Shown: piece by piece, positions 27,232 to 39,122 of the stretch | Layout of the letters: the number at the start of each line of letters is the position of its first letter | Position numbering within the stretch: the first letter of the stretch is position 1 | IMG/VR virus record: IMGVR_UViG_3300036766_000988 | Coordinates: 186,001-250,000 of that record | Reading direction: 5' to 3' (one strand) | DNA: 64,000 nucleotides | Translations under genes and position numbers: made by a program | Notes under the pieces: generated by a model | Databases searched by the model: none | What the model was told of the DNA's origin: nothing | Seen by the model: only the letters and a program-made list of their open reading frames with translations

Positions 27232-27886
27232 CTTCGATCCTGTTCCGAACGGGCTTTCGGTCCTTCCAGTGCTCGTCCGTTTGAACGTGATCTTCGCGAA
27301 CCCACTTGGCCACGTAGTGGGGGAACATGGAGTCGGGCATGTCGCACTGGCGTCGAACCACCACCCCTTCACGAGTTTCGCCAACGTGGCTTGCCCCGAG
27401 GGCATGCCGCTCGACGAGCTTCTGAAGCTCCTTGTCGCTGTAAACGATCACGTTCCGTTCCAGAACGGGTACCGTGGGACACCCCACCAGATCGGCCCAC
27501 TGCTCGACCTCGGCCCAGCTAGCCCACAGGCACTTTCGGAGGTCGCAGACCCCAAAGACCATGAAGTAGGCGGGCAGCCGGTTGTAGCTGATTGTGTGCT
27601 GAGCCCAGAGCCACTCGCCGAAGATCTGCACCCCAGCCGGGATGCGGCTCCTGATGCACGCGTGCATGGCCTTGAGAGCGCTGAAACTTTGGTGGCGGGG
27701 TCGGCCAGCATGGGTGCGGGCGAAGACCGCCTCGTTCTCCAGGCAGACGTTCGAGCCGTCCATCTTCTCGGTCACCATGATGGGGGAGAAGAGCAGGAAG
27801 TCCGTGGACTCGATTCGCTTGTCATCCTTCGTGCAGCCGGGGCTGAACAAGAAATGACCTGTTCGGGGGTACTTGGGGGAGTCCAT
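27224..27886 (-). CDS. ATP-dependent RNA ligase family protein
   Basis: KYPRT, TEKMDGSN (motif I), FGE, EGVVVR, KWVR. Confidence 0.85.
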   Translation of the reverse strand: MDSPKYPRTGHFLFSPGCTKDDKRIESTDFLLFSPIMVTEKMDGSNVCLENEAVFARTHAGRPRHQSFSALKAMHACIRSRIPAGVQIFGEWLWAQHTISYNRLPAYFMVFGVCDLRKCLWASWAEVEQWADLVGCPTVPVLERNVIVYSDKELQKLVERHALGASHVGETREGVVVRRQCDMPDSMFPHYVAKWVREDHVQTDEHWKDRKPVRNRIEGG

Positions 27887-27905
27887 GACATGCCTCGTGC
27901 GGCTA

Positions 27906-27931
27906 CTACGCCACGGGTCCCCCAAGTTCAG
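27906..27931 (-). promoter_or_regulatory. CTGAAC-N13-GGCGTAG promoter-like motif
   Basis: Intergenic, upstream of RNA ligase. Confidence 0.7.
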
Positions 27932-27934
27932 CCC

Positions 27935-29988
<2,054 letters not shown>

Positions 29989-30018
29989 CGCGGCATGATA
30001 GCCACGTCTGGTCTGATG

Positions 30019-30564
30019 TCAGCCGACTTTGGCTCCGTCGTCCCCAGAGCAGTATAGGAGAACCGTACCCGAGGGCCCCGACGTGGCGAGGATCATCCCT
30101 TCCGACTCGATGCCCATGATCTTGCGAGCTGCCAGGTTGAGAACCGCGACAACCTTCACGCCGATGAGAGCTTCGGGTGCGTAGGACTTCGCCAGCGTTG
30201 CGACGATTGGACGATTCCCCCCAGGCCCAAACGAGACCAACAGCTTCAGGAGCTTGTCGCTCTTCGGGATCCTCTCGGCTGTCTTGATGGTACCCACCCG
30301 CATGTCGACCTTGAGGAAGTCATCGAAGGAGATCTTTCCTCCCGAGAGAATCCTCGACATGGCTTCTGGAGACAGCCCTTGAGGATTGCTGACACCCTTC
30401 ATCTCCGCAGGCTTCGCTGCTCCCGAATCCGCCATCTCCTGCATGGTGGGCCGGTCGGGGCTCTCGAAAGCTTTCTTGTAGGCCTCCCGTGTCCCCTCGG
30501 TGATTTCCACCTTGAGACTCGAAATGGGGACTTCTGCGTGTAGGTCGATCTTGTGGTCAGTCAT
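30019..30564 (-). CDS. tRNA-binding OB-fold protein (Trbp111/CsaA/MetRS C-terminal type)
   Basis: ISFDDFLKVDMRVGTI...SDKLLKL...NLAARKIMGIESEGMILA. Confidence 0.88.
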   Translation of the reverse strand: MTDHKIDLHAEVPISSLKVEITEGTREAYKKAFESPDRPTMQEMADSGAAKPAEMKGVSNPQGLSPEAMSRILSGGKISFDDFLKVDMRVGTIKTAERIPKSDKLLKLLVSFGPGGNRPIVATLAKSYAPEALIGVKVVAVLNLAARKIMGIESEGMILATSGPSGTVLLYCSGDDGAKVG

Positions 30565-30923
30565 GGTGCCTTCTTGTCGATGAGCGCGAGATGCGCGTCA
30601 ATGTCTTGTTGCTCGAATTCCGCAGCAAAGCCCAGCGAATGACAGCACCAACATCCGGTGCCCCAATGGCCGTTGCATGCGGGGTTGCAGCAGCCGAGTC
30701 CGTGCTGCTCCGCGATCTTACAACGTCGTTCACCAGCCTGATGAGGCCGCTGTTTACTGAGGATGCTCTCGTAGAAGCGAATGCGCTTCTGGAGTTCTTC
30801 GACGTACGGATTGCACTTGGGGCACGGAGTGCAGTAGGCGGGCCATTGGGCTTGGCGTTCCGAGTCGAGAGCGCGATGCCACCCGGCCGGATAGGGATGC
30901 CGATGCTCACAGGTGGGGATCAT
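30561..30923 (-). CDS. hypothetical Cys-rich protein
   Basis: ATGA overlaps at both ends. Confidence 0.55.
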   Translation of the reverse strand: MIPTCEHRHPYPAGWHRALDSERQAQWPAYCTPCPKCNPYVEELQKRIRFYESILSKQRPHQAGERRCKIAEQHGLGCCNPACNGHWGTGCWCCHSLGFAAEFEQQDIDAHLALIDKKAP

Positions 30924-31330
30924 GGTTGGGACTCCTCAGCCTCAGCAACGATTTGAGGAAGGATTGGTGCGTAGAAGTTTCTGAATGCCGATTGGGCCAG
31001 AAAGTCCTCGACGCTCTTCCAAGCTACGGGACATCCTTCCTCCATCTCACGTGGCCCTCCTACAGCTTCCACCAGGAAGAGGCACACGATAGACGCCCGT
31101 CCTGGCTTGTGGGGAAGGCCGTGCGGCCCTTCGTGGACAAGCCGAGCACTTACCGTGAGTACTCCCGTCTCTTCCCCCAGCTCACGCCGCTGAGCAGCTT
31201 CGGGGGTCTCTCCGTCTTCGACCATACCGCCAGGCAAAGCCCAACTTTGGTAGCGGGGATTCCACACGCACAGTACATCGCCATCGCTGACGACCACCGA
31301 CACGGCTGCTTTTCGTTCTTCGCTAGGCAT
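30920..31330 (-). CDS. NUDIX hydrolase
   Basis: Nudix box GGMVEDGETPEAAQRRELGEETG. Confidence 0.9.
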   Translation of the reverse strand: MPSEERKAAVSVVVSDGDVLCVWNPRYQSWALPGGMVEDGETPEAAQRRELGEETGVLTVSARLVHEGPHGLPHKPGRASIVCLFLVEAVGGPREMEEGCPVAWKSVEDFLAQSAFRNFYAPILPQIVAEAEESQP

Positions 31331-31349
31331 GCTTCACCCTTGCTGATGC

Positions 31350-31769
31350 CTAGCGGGGCTCCGGTACCAACACGAAGCCCAATGAGGTACCATCGTCCCG
31401 ATAGATCTCAATATCACGTGAAGGCCCTTCTCCTGGTACCTGAAAGGAGTCCCGATAGGAGATCCGGAAGGTGGCGTTGGCTTTGGCGTTACAGGCTTCA
31501 TCGGAGACAACCGTCGAGATTTTAGCCTCGGTGGGGAAGGGGATCTCCGTTGCAAGCAACTCCAGATCGTTCGAATAGTTGGTATCGACGACCCTAACCG
31601 GTAGGGGGTTATCTTCACCTTCGGGCTGAACGAGCCCATCAGCTCCGGCACCATCCCGATGCCGGAGCGTATACAAGGTCAAGGTTCCTGGATTGTGCGC
31701 AAAGCTAAACCAGAACCCGTCGCCTGTCAGATCGATCAGCATGACATTTCTCGGGGAAGACGTGCCCAC
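31350..31769 (-). CDS. hypothetical protein
   Basis: 139-aa ORF. Confidence 0.5.
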   Translation of the reverse strand: MGTSSPRNVMLIDLTGDGFWFSFAHNPGTLTLYTLRHRDGAGADGLVQPEGEDNPLPVRVVDTNYSNDLELLATEIPFPTEAKISTVVSDEACNAKANATFRISYRDSFQVPGEGPSRDIEIYRDDGTSLGFVLVPEPR

Positions 31770-31847
31770 CTCTGATGATGAGCAATACCCCAGACGGCGG
31801 ACTTCGATACATCGAACATGTAAAAAATAGCCCGCCCTCTTCTGGGA

Positions 31848-33251
31848 TCAGTCTGCCCCCTTGATGTTGGCCACGGGGTACAACCGGTGGGCGACCCTAG
31901 CGATCTCCTCGGCTTCCAGAACCCCCAAGACCGAGTCGAGATCTTTGTAAACGTGAGCGCATTCGTCGAGCGGGATGTGGCGGTGGTTGCTCATGATGCC
32001 TTCGATGGCCACGCCGTTGAACGTACGCTTGACGTTGGCCATCTCGTCATCGATCCGCTGCTGCTTGTGTTCGAGGTCCCGCTTGGCCTTGCCCCGCGCC
32101 ATGATGCGGCCGGATCCGTGGTTGACCGAGCACGCCGTCCTGTAGGCATTCCGCTGCGGAAACAGGACTGCGGCACCCTCGTACATCGAACCGGGGATGA
32201 GGCAAGGGTGGCCGGTGGCCTCCCACGGGGTTCCCACCAGATCGGGATGTCCCGCCGGAAACGCGCGAGTGGCCCCCTTGCGGTGAACGAAGCCCTTCTT
32301 GGTCGTCCCATCGGGAAGGACGAGCGTCTCCTGCTGGACCAGGTTGTGGCTGATCTCGTAGTAGACCTGGACGTCCGATCCGAAGACTTCTTGCGTGGCC
32401 TCTCGAACTCCGTTGACGATGATGTGTCGGTTCGCGACAGCGAAGTTCGCAGCCGAGTTGTGGTGAGCCCAGTACTCCTTGCCGAGGGGCTCGTCCGCAC
32501 GGAGCCACGACTCCTCGCGCCGGTTGGCCGGGAGGTTGCGGACCTTCGCGCCTTCGTAGAAGAAGTGGTTGGCCGTCTGCCAGCCGTATCCGCGCGAGCC
32601 GCAGTGAACCATGATGAAGACCTCGCCCGAGTCGCGGTCGCACTGCATCTCGACGAAGTGGTTACCGCCGCCGACACTGCCGAGCTGGCCGATGACGCTG
32701 CCGTACGCCTTCTCGATCTTCGTGAGATCGGCGGTCTCGTCGACCGGGATGTACTGCCGCTCGCAGAGCCCAGCATCGACCCCGAGGGCCTTCGCTCCGT
32801 AGCGGAGGATCTCGTCGACCTGTTGCTTCTTGAACTTGGGCATCAGCTCCGGCCGGTTGTGTCCCTTGCCGGTTGCGATACGACGCTCGACCTCGGTGAC
32901 CCACTGGCGCCGACGTTCCTTGCTCTTCACGGAACCCGCGTTGAGGTTCGCCTTCATGTAGAGCACGCCGCACGAGATGTCGTAGCCCGAGCCGCCCTGG
33001 ATGATCGTGTTGTCCGTCACGATGACCGAGCCAACCGGAACGCCGTAGCCGACGTGGCAGTCCGGCATCAGGTACGCCCCGATCACCCCTTCGTAGGAAG
33101 CGCCGTCCGCGATCTGCTGCCAACAGCCTTCTTCGGAGGACTCGTAGAGAGCTTCCGAAAGGAAAGCGTGGGCATCTACCCGCATCTTGCCAACCTTCGG
33201 CAGGACGTAGTGGTTGTCGCGGACCTTCTGAACGGCGTACTTGAACGACAT
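31848..33251 (-). CDS. rtcB: RtcB RNA ligase
   Basis: MPDCH.GYG.PVG, GYDISCG, GGGNHFVE, HCGSRG, SHN, HRKGAT, PGSM, HGSGR. Confidence 0.95.
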   Translation of the reverse strand: MSFKYAVQKVRDNHYVLPKVGKMRVDAHAFLSEALYESSEEGCWQQIADGASYEGVIGAYLMPDCHVGYGVPVGSVIVTDNTIIQGGSGYDISCGVLYMKANLNAGSVKSKERRRQWVTEVERRIATGKGHNRPELMPKFKKQQVDEILRYGAKALGVDAGLCERQYIPVDETADLTKIEKAYGSVIGQLGSVGGGNHFVEMQCDRDSGEVFIMVHCGSRGYGWQTANHFFYEGAKVRNLPANRREESWLRADEPLGKEYWAHHNSAANFAVANRHIIVNGVREATQEVFGSDVQVYYEISHNLVQQETLVLPDGTTKKGFVHRKGATRAFPAGHPDLVGTPWEATGHPCLIPGSMYEGAAVLFPQRNAYRTACSVNHGSGRIMARGKAKRDLEHKQQRIDDEMANVKRTFNGVAIEGIMSNHRHIPLDECAHVYKDLDSVLGVLEAEEIARVAHRLYPVANIKGAD

Positions 33252-33259
33252 GGGATCTA

Positions 33260-33285
33260 CTACACCAACCGGGGCTCTTGTTCAG
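33260..33285 (-). promoter_or_regulatory. CTGAAC-N13-GGTGTAG promoter-like motif, 8 nt before rtcB ATG
   Basis: Exact motif; no SD between motif and ATG. Confidence 0.7.
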
Positions 33286-33863
33286 CCAGGCTCTTGGGGG
33301 GGATCGGGTCGACGAAGGAGACCTCGGCTGAACTCGATCATCTGATGAACCACCGCTTCGAGGTTCCGCCGCTGGATTTCCTCGCGGAATTTGTCCTCTT
33401 CGGTGGCTCCCTCACGGCTCGCCCGTTCTTGGGCTTGTTCGTAGGCGATGTCAGCTCGACCGCATCGTTGCAACAGGGCCTCCATCACCCCAAAGTGCAT
33501 GAGGCGCTCTTCCATGCCCTTGCGCTTGAGCGCCATGGCGGTCCAGAACTCTTCGGCCGCATCGTCTGCCGTGACCCCTTCGCCAAGCGTGACCTTTCCG
33601 TTCGGATCGATCTGGACGATGACCCGGCCGGTTTGGGTGGCGAACGTGAGGGTACCCGGATGGGGGGCTCCCAGCTCACGGATGAGCCGGTTCTCGACCG
33701 ACTCGGGCCTTGGCCCCAGAACGGCATCCCAGTAGCCTCTCAGCCCCTCCTGGTCCTCCCCGGCCCCGGCGTTGGGGGCTTCGGAGTGGTCTTTTTCAGT
33801 GGAGGCCTCTTGAGGGGCTTCTCCTGGGGTGCCTTCTGAACGGTCTTTTTGATCGTTGGGCAT
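33282..33863 (-). CDS. hypothetical protein
   Basis: 193 aa, AAGGAGG RBS. Confidence 0.7.
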   Translation of the reverse strand: MPNDQKDRSEGTPGEAPQEASTEKDHSEAPNAGAGEDQEGLRGYWDAVLGPRPESVENRLIRELGAPHPGTLTFATQTGRVIVQIDPNGKVTLGEGVTADDAAEEFWTAMALKRKGMEERLMHFGVMEALLQRCGRADIAYEQAQERASREGATEEDKFREEIQRRNLEAVVHQMIEFSRGLLRRPDPPQEPG

Positions 33864-34378
33864 GGCGTGCCCTCCTTCTCATCTGGGTCGTCGCGTAGGA
33901 TACGTTCCCACGCGGTCAGGATTTGGGTTCGGTCGACTTTCGGCTCCTCGACCTTGGGCTCGCGCCGACGTGTTCTACGGGTGCGGACGGGTTCTTCGCG
34001 ATACGGACCCTGGGGGGTTCCTCCAACGAAGGCCTGTCGGAGGGCCTCAGCGTTGAAGGCTCCTGTTTCGAAGCCCCCTACGGAGAGATTCTGGTGAACT
34101 TCCAGGCGTTCCGCTTCAAGCTGGAGTTCGCTGGTGGCTCGCTGCATCTCCGCGTTGGCTTGCCGGATCTCTTCCTGCGTTCGTTCGGCTCGTCCTTGTC
34201 TGGCCCTAAACTCCCTGACCCTTCGTTCGACGAGCCAGCGGAAGGCGTACTTCCACGCCTGCGCCGACCACACGATCAGAAGAAAGCCAACCGCTATCCC
34301 GAAAGCGTAGCGACCCGAGGGGCTCAACCAGCTCCACAAACCGGTGAACCAACCGGTGACATCTCCGACCGTGACCAT
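33740..34378 (-). CDS. hypothetical membrane protein
   Basis: N-terminal hydrophobic helix; GGTGTAG 8 nt upstream. Confidence 0.65.
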   Translation of the reverse strand: MVTVGDVTGWFTGLWSWLSPSGRYAFGIAVGFLLIVWSAQAWKYAFRWLVERRVREFRARQGRAERTQEEIRQANAEMQRATSELQLEAERLEVHQNLSVGGFETGAFNAEALRQAFVGGTPQGPYREEPVRTRRTRRREPKVEEPKVDRTQILTAWERILRDDPDEKEGTPCPTIKKTVQKAPQEKPLKRPPLKKTTPKPPTPGPGRTRRG

Positions 34379-34646
34379 GGCCTACCCTACACCTCCTGAG
34401 CTTTCGAGGGCTGAAGAAAAAACGCAACAACCGACCCCTCTCAGGCCCATTACCAGTAGGGGGTTCGACACACCTCCCTTCGACGCTGCGAAGTATTTTC
34501 GACTGCCGCGAAGGATTTTGGCGCTTCCTCCACATAGGAGCGCTCGAAGTTGTCCCGAGAGCCTACGACCTGTCCCGTAAAGAACGGGGTTGTCGTCTTT
34601 CTTCGCTCCGACGTGAACGAAGTGGATCACAGGGGAGCATAACCCG

Positions 34647-35033
34647 ATGGAGGATCAGATGAGAGCGTTCTACGTGAAGATCGATGAGGCTACCCAGGCG
34701 AAGACTCCAGCAGAGGCTATCGGGAAGTTGACGGAGGCCTACTCGCTCGGGCAGCCGCTCATCAAGCGGGCCCGAGCCCGGTGCGAGTTCAGGACGGTGG
34801 CGAATCTCTCGGATATCCTCCGGTGGGCCGCCTTCACTTGCGCAGCGAAGCTTGTCGGTGGCGACCGAGCCCCTTGGGCCCTTTTTCCTTACGATGGCAG
34901 CTCCTCGCCGACGCTCAGGGGAGAGTCGTCAAGCCTCGACTGGCGGTGGCGTAAGGAGCAGGAGTGGGCCGAGACGTGGCTTCCGAGTGTCCCCCTCTGG
35001 ACCCGAGGCCCTGACTCGAAGATGAGCTTATAG
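34647..35033 (+). CDS. hypothetical protein
   Basis: 128-aa ORF. Confidence 0.6.
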   Translation: MEDQMRAFYVKIDEATQAKTPAEAIGKLTEAYSLGQPLIKRARARCEFRTVANLSDILRWAAFTCAAKLVGGDRAPWALFPYDGSSSPTLRGESSSLDWRWRKEQEWAETWLPSVPLWTRGPDSKMSL

Positions 35034-35045
35034 GCCTGGAAAGCT

Positions 35046-35414
35046 ATGGAGAGTCTCACCCAGCGGGTTGTGCGTCGATTCCTGGCAGCTCAACCTCGGT
35101 TCCAAGACGTCCGCCAGATGCTGCTCGAAGGGCTCAAGCGGGAGGGGTGGGAAGTTCGCGAGGGCCTCATGGTGCCGCACGCGACCTCGCCGGATCACAA
35201 GACCCGCCTGTGGTTCAAGGCCCGTGCGGTCTACATGAATGACCTGGGCACGGATCCCCGTGACTATAAGAACACCCACAGCTTGTCATCCGACATCCGT
35301 GAGTACGTCGATCTCCGAGGGCTCTTGAACGACATCGCTATCATGCGGCGAATCCAACATGGATCCAAGCCGGACCCCGCAGGAAACCCGGGATCACCCG
35401 AATTTCGCGCCTAG
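35046..35414 (+). CDS. hypothetical protein
   Basis: 122-aa ORF. Confidence 0.65.
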   Translation: MESLTQRVVRRFLAAQPRFQDVRQMLLEGLKREGWEVREGLMVPHATSPDHKTRLWFKARAVYMNDLGTDPRDYKNTHSLSSDIREYVDLRGLLNDIAIMRRIQHGSKPDPAGNPGSPEFRA

Positions 35415-36313
35415 GTCTCGTCTTCTTCGTCCGCCTCTTCGCCGTTCTCGGCCTCTTCGGCTTCCCTTGCGGCCTTGGCGATCTCCGCCACACGGTCTGC
35501 GAACCCTTCGTGGAGATCCCAATTGATGTCTTGGGAACCCTTCCCAGGCGGGGGTCTCCAGGCTCGCCGAAGTCCATATAGCACTTGGTTGACGTGAGCG
35601 ACGTCTCCGATCTCGCGGAAGATGTTGAGCGCGGTTTCCGGTGTGATCGTTCCGTCGGTCATCCCTTGCATCAGAAGGGTGCGGTAGAAACTGAAGCTTG
35701 GTCCTGCCTCACCTGGTATGAAGATCGACGAGAAAAACGACGTCCGCTCTTGGAAGTGGTTCTCAGTTTTGAAACAGTCTCGCAGTTCCTTGGCTGGGTT
35801 CTCTACAAGATACTGCACGAGGGCTGCGGCATCCTGGTGAGCCTTTCGTCGAGACGACTCTCCCCAGAAAGGCTCGAACTTGAGCCCCAGGAGGTAGTCC
35901 CACACGTCTTCACGAATGAGCACCTGACCCACCGGTTCGAACTTTCGGTAGCCCTTTCGTTGAACCCAGCCCCGTTCGATGGGCTCGAAGAACTTCTCGT
36001 AGTCGTAGACGACCGGCAGAGGAGCTTCCGGTTTCTCGAACCGATCGTCTCGCCAGGTCATCGGACTATCCCCAAGCAGATCCTTGGTCACGTCCCAGTG
36101 GATGGGCTGCGGTTCGAAATTGAGCGTGCCTCGGTCATCGTTGTACGTCCCCCGGAACGGCAAGCAGAGCGGACTCCACAGCCCTACCGGGTAGCAGAAG
36201 CCGCTTCGTCCATCGTCGATGCTCGTGCCTGGTCTGAGCAGGAAGAGCAAGGCCTTCGTTCCTGGTGGGAGAGGAAGGCCGGAGAGCCCACAGGTTTCGT
36301 ACCAACATCCCAT
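35411..36313 (-). CDS. hypothetical protein
   Basis: 300-aa ORF, MGCWYETC start. Confidence 0.7.
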   Translation of the reverse strand: MGCWYETCGLSGLPLPPGTKALLFLLRPGTSIDDGRSGFCYPVGLWSPLCLPFRGTYNDDRGTLNFEPQPIHWDVTKDLLGDSPMTWRDDRFEKPEAPLPVVYDYEKFFEPIERGWVQRKGYRKFEPVGQVLIREDVWDYLLGLKFEPFWGESSRRKAHQDAAALVQYLVENPAKELRDCFKTENHFQERTSFFSSIFIPGEAGPSFSFYRTLLMQGMTDGTITPETALNIFREIGDVAHVNQVLYGLRRAWRPPPGKGSQDINWDLHEGFADRVAEIAKAAREAEEAENGEEADEEDET

Positions 36314-36381
36314 AGTCCAGCTCGTGTTTCAGTTCGATGCGTTGGGCGTTCGTTGGTGTAAGGCGGGTCGAGGGTCATTCG

Positions 36382-36798
36382 ATGGCAGACGACAAGCGCA
36401 AGCACGAGGGAGTCATCTACCAGGTGGGGGAGCCCGAGCGGGTCGGGAGATATCCGGTTCGCACCGAGCTAACGGTGTTGCCCGCCGCCGATGATCCGAA
36501 GGTCGGCTGGACCGTCGGGCATGTGTACTCGGGAGAAGAGGTCTTCAAAGCAGGGGCTCCCGATGTCTCCTTGACGCGGAGAGAGGATCTTCAAGAAGGC
36601 ATGGAGATCATCGTGGCTACCCTCGTCGGGGGCTATCGCATGATCGTCAAGAGAGATGACGACGGAGAACTCTACGCTGAAACTGCGAACGGGTTGACGG
36701 GGGCGTTCCTCGACTTCGATACGGATGATCGGCACTGCTGGACTTCTGCGATGGCGTACAACCGGCGTGCCCTCAAGAGCTTGGAGACGTCGGGCTAG
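36382..36798 (+). CDS. hypothetical protein
   Basis: GAGG RBS; GGTGTAA upstream. Confidence 0.6.
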   Translation: MADDKRKHEGVIYQVGEPERVGRYPVRTELTVLPAADDPKVGWTVGHVYSGEEVFKAGAPDVSLTRREDLQEGMEIIVATLVGGYRMIVKRDDDGELYAETANGLTGAFLDFDTDDRHCWTSAMAYNRRALKSLETSG

Positions 36799-38114
36799 CT
36801 GGCGAGCTTCTGTTCGATGGCGTTGAGCGCTGTCTCGATCGAAGCCACCCCGCCCTTGTCTCCGAAGACGTAGGGGACGTGATTGGTCTTACAGGCATCG
36901 GTGATCTTGTTGCTGGTCTTGTGCCCGATGAGCCCTTCGAGAAGGATGATGGCGCACACGCCGCCGGTACGAATCCGATGCGCCATTGATTCGACCGACT
37001 TCATGGAATCGCTGTCGGTCTCATGCCATTCGACCTTGACCCCGAAGCGATTTGCGCAGAGTTCGATCTTCTCGTTGACGACGAGGCCTCCGACGATGAA
37101 GAGGGGTTTCTTCTGCATCGCAGCCCGGAGCGAAGGAAGCTTCGGCCACGAGTGCAGGATCGAGGTCTTCTCGGCTTCAACCTTCGGTTTTGGGGTGGCT
37201 TTGACCGGCCCCTGCGAGGCCACGAAGGCGGTGTCGCGATCGAACTGCGCAACCTTACGACGGCCTTCCGAGGCGATCTTCTCCCACTCTCCGTAGGAGC
37301 CGAAGGCCAGGCCTTTGATGTAGTCCGAGATGCCGCTCTCGGCCTTCATGCCCCCCAAGACAGGCATGAGCTGCCCGATGCGTTCGTACAGGAAGTGATC
37401 CTCGGGCAGACGATCTTGGAGACCCCGACCTTCGGCTACCAGCGCCTGAAGCAGGGGATAGAGCCGGGTTGGATGGTTGTCTTGCACCTTGCCGCTGAGA
37501 GCTTCGATTTCAGCGACGAGTCTCTTCGCTTTCTCGACATCCGTGGAGAGAAGCTTTCGTTTTGCGGACGGCTTCACCTCCGACTTCGCGAGTAGATGGG
37601 CGAACGTCTCGGGTTTTTCTTCCGCCGCCGGTGCCGTCGTCTTGAGAGACAACGAGGTGTCCACAACATGGACGTCAACGACCGACGACGGACCCACTAA
37701 AGGGAGGACACCTCCCACGAGTTCGCATACTTCGAGCAGCGCAGTGCGAAGAGCCGTGCGACTGGTCTCTGCTCCCTCGACATCGGGCATGGGTTCTTGC
37801 CCGAGTGCGGTCAGAACCGAGTTCAAAACACGTCGTTCCGCTTCTTGTCGAGCGACCGTCTCGTACGTGTCGAGATGAGTCTTGAGCCGCGCCATCTTCT
37901 CGGCCACGGGCTTCATCTCGGTGTCGACCTTCTTGAGCGCAGCGGTCTGTATCGTGTCGGGTAACTTGGACGCGACAGGGGCAGCAGCAACCATCGGGGG
38001 CTCCTCCGTAGGTACAGGGTTGGGTTTTTTCGGGCGCGGCTTGATCGCCCAGGGCTCGACTTCACGCGCCACAGCCTTCAAATAGCCGGAGATGGACGGG
38101 CCGTAGTGGGGCAT
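36795..38114 (-). CDS. protein with C-terminal DUF2325-like domain
   Basis: LFIVGG...AIILLEGLIGH...ACK..HVPYVF..GG.ASI. Confidence 0.65.
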   Translation of the reverse strand: MPHYGPSISGYLKAVAREVEPWAIKPRPKKPNPVPTEEPPMVAAAPVASKLPDTIQTAALKKVDTEMKPVAEKMARLKTHLDTYETVARQEAERRVLNSVLTALGQEPMPDVEGAETSRTALRTALLEVCELVGGVLPLVGPSSVVDVHVVDTSLSLKTTAPAAEEKPETFAHLLAKSEVKPSAKRKLLSTDVEKAKRLVAEIEALSGKVQDNHPTRLYPLLQALVAEGRGLQDRLPEDHFLYERIGQLMPVLGGMKAESGISDYIKGLAFGSYGEWEKIASEGRRKVAQFDRDTAFVASQGPVKATPKPKVEAEKTSILHSWPKLPSLRAAMQKKPLFIVGGLVVNEKIELCANRFGVKVEWHETDSDSMKSVESMAHRIRTGGVCAIILLEGLIGHKTSNKITDACKTNHVPYVFGDKGGVASIETALNAIEQKLAS

Positions 38115-38166
38115 GTGCCTCTCTTACTGATACACCGCCCCGAACGGTGTAGCGTAGCCACGTGAC

Positions 38167-38628
38167 ATGGTGCTGACCGAGATCCGCCCTCCGCTCGACG
38201 GGCCCGGTGGGAAAGACGTGACCGAGAACGACCTCGAAGAGTGGTGGGCTGACATCCTGCCCCCACCGTTGAATCCCCCACACTACCCCGTGACGGGTCT
38301 TGTGTTCGGGCACCTGTGGATGGGTCTGCTTTACGGAGAACGTGAACTCACCGACGCGAACTACCAGCGTCAGCGAGTCGTCATCCCATCGGGATCCACG
38401 ATGGAATTTCGAGCCGAGTTTCCACAAGGCATCGCAGGGGATGTCACGGCCGCCGCTCTGTACCTACGGGAGCGAGGGGGAGAGCTTCTCTGGAAGAAGG
38501 AGTACCCTATCCTCTGTCTTTCCCCTGGGGTTCAGCTCAGCATTTCGCTGGTCCTACAAGACGTAGAGGGTGACGCAGGACAGTTCGTGGGCTTCCGAAA
38601 GATCCTCAAACTACACGGTGTTCTGTGA
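38167..38628 (+). CDS. hypothetical protein
   Basis: 153-aa ORF. Confidence 0.6.
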   Translation: MVLTEIRPPLDGPGGKDVTENDLEEWWADILPPPLNPPHYPVTGLVFGHLWMGLLYGERELTDANYQRQRVVIPSGSTMEFRAEFPQGIAGDVTAAALYLRERGGELLWKKEYPILCLSPGVQLSISLVLQDVEGDAGQFVGFRKILKLHGVL

Positions 38629-38903
38629 TCGGACGAATCGAGATCGACGAGAAGTTTTTGGAATTGTTCGGAACCGGGACGCTGCTTGGGACCCTCTTGG
38701 ATCTCTACGGCAAGGCCCCGGAGAAGGTCGTGTTGGTCTTTCCGAGAACCACAACCGCTTGGCGGGAGAAGTTTGGGGGTCCGCACCAGTACATCGTGAA
38801 CGAGTACACGATTGCTTGCTTGTTGGAGGATGTCTTGCGGCTTCGTGCGCAAGGCATCGAAGTCAGCATCGAGTACGAGACCAAGGATTGGGGCCGTGGG
38901 TGA
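38625..38903 (+). CDS. hypothetical protein
   Basis: GTGA overlap. Confidence 0.55.
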   Translation: MIGRIEIDEKFLELFGTGTLLGTLLDLYGKAPEKVVLVFPRTTTAWREKFGGPHQYIVNEYTIACLLEDVLRLRAQGIEVSIEYETKDWGRG

Positions 38904-39122
38904 GAGGCACGCAGCTCGTGTTCTTCTACGGCGCTTTGGCCCGCGTGCTCTTTTGGCGAAGAGCGCCGGACGTTGGTCTGTCATCATCATGCACCAAGCC
39001 AACTACGGCTCAGGGGTGACGATCACTGATCAGTGCTGTACGGTTAGCCGTGCCGTGTCCCAGGCAATCCAGTACGCCATTGCAGAGAGGGTCGGAATTG
39101 ACCCCGTATTTGGGGAATCCTC

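Noticed and set aside
31887-33839. 650-aa plus-strand ORF
   Set aside because: Antisense shadow of rtcB
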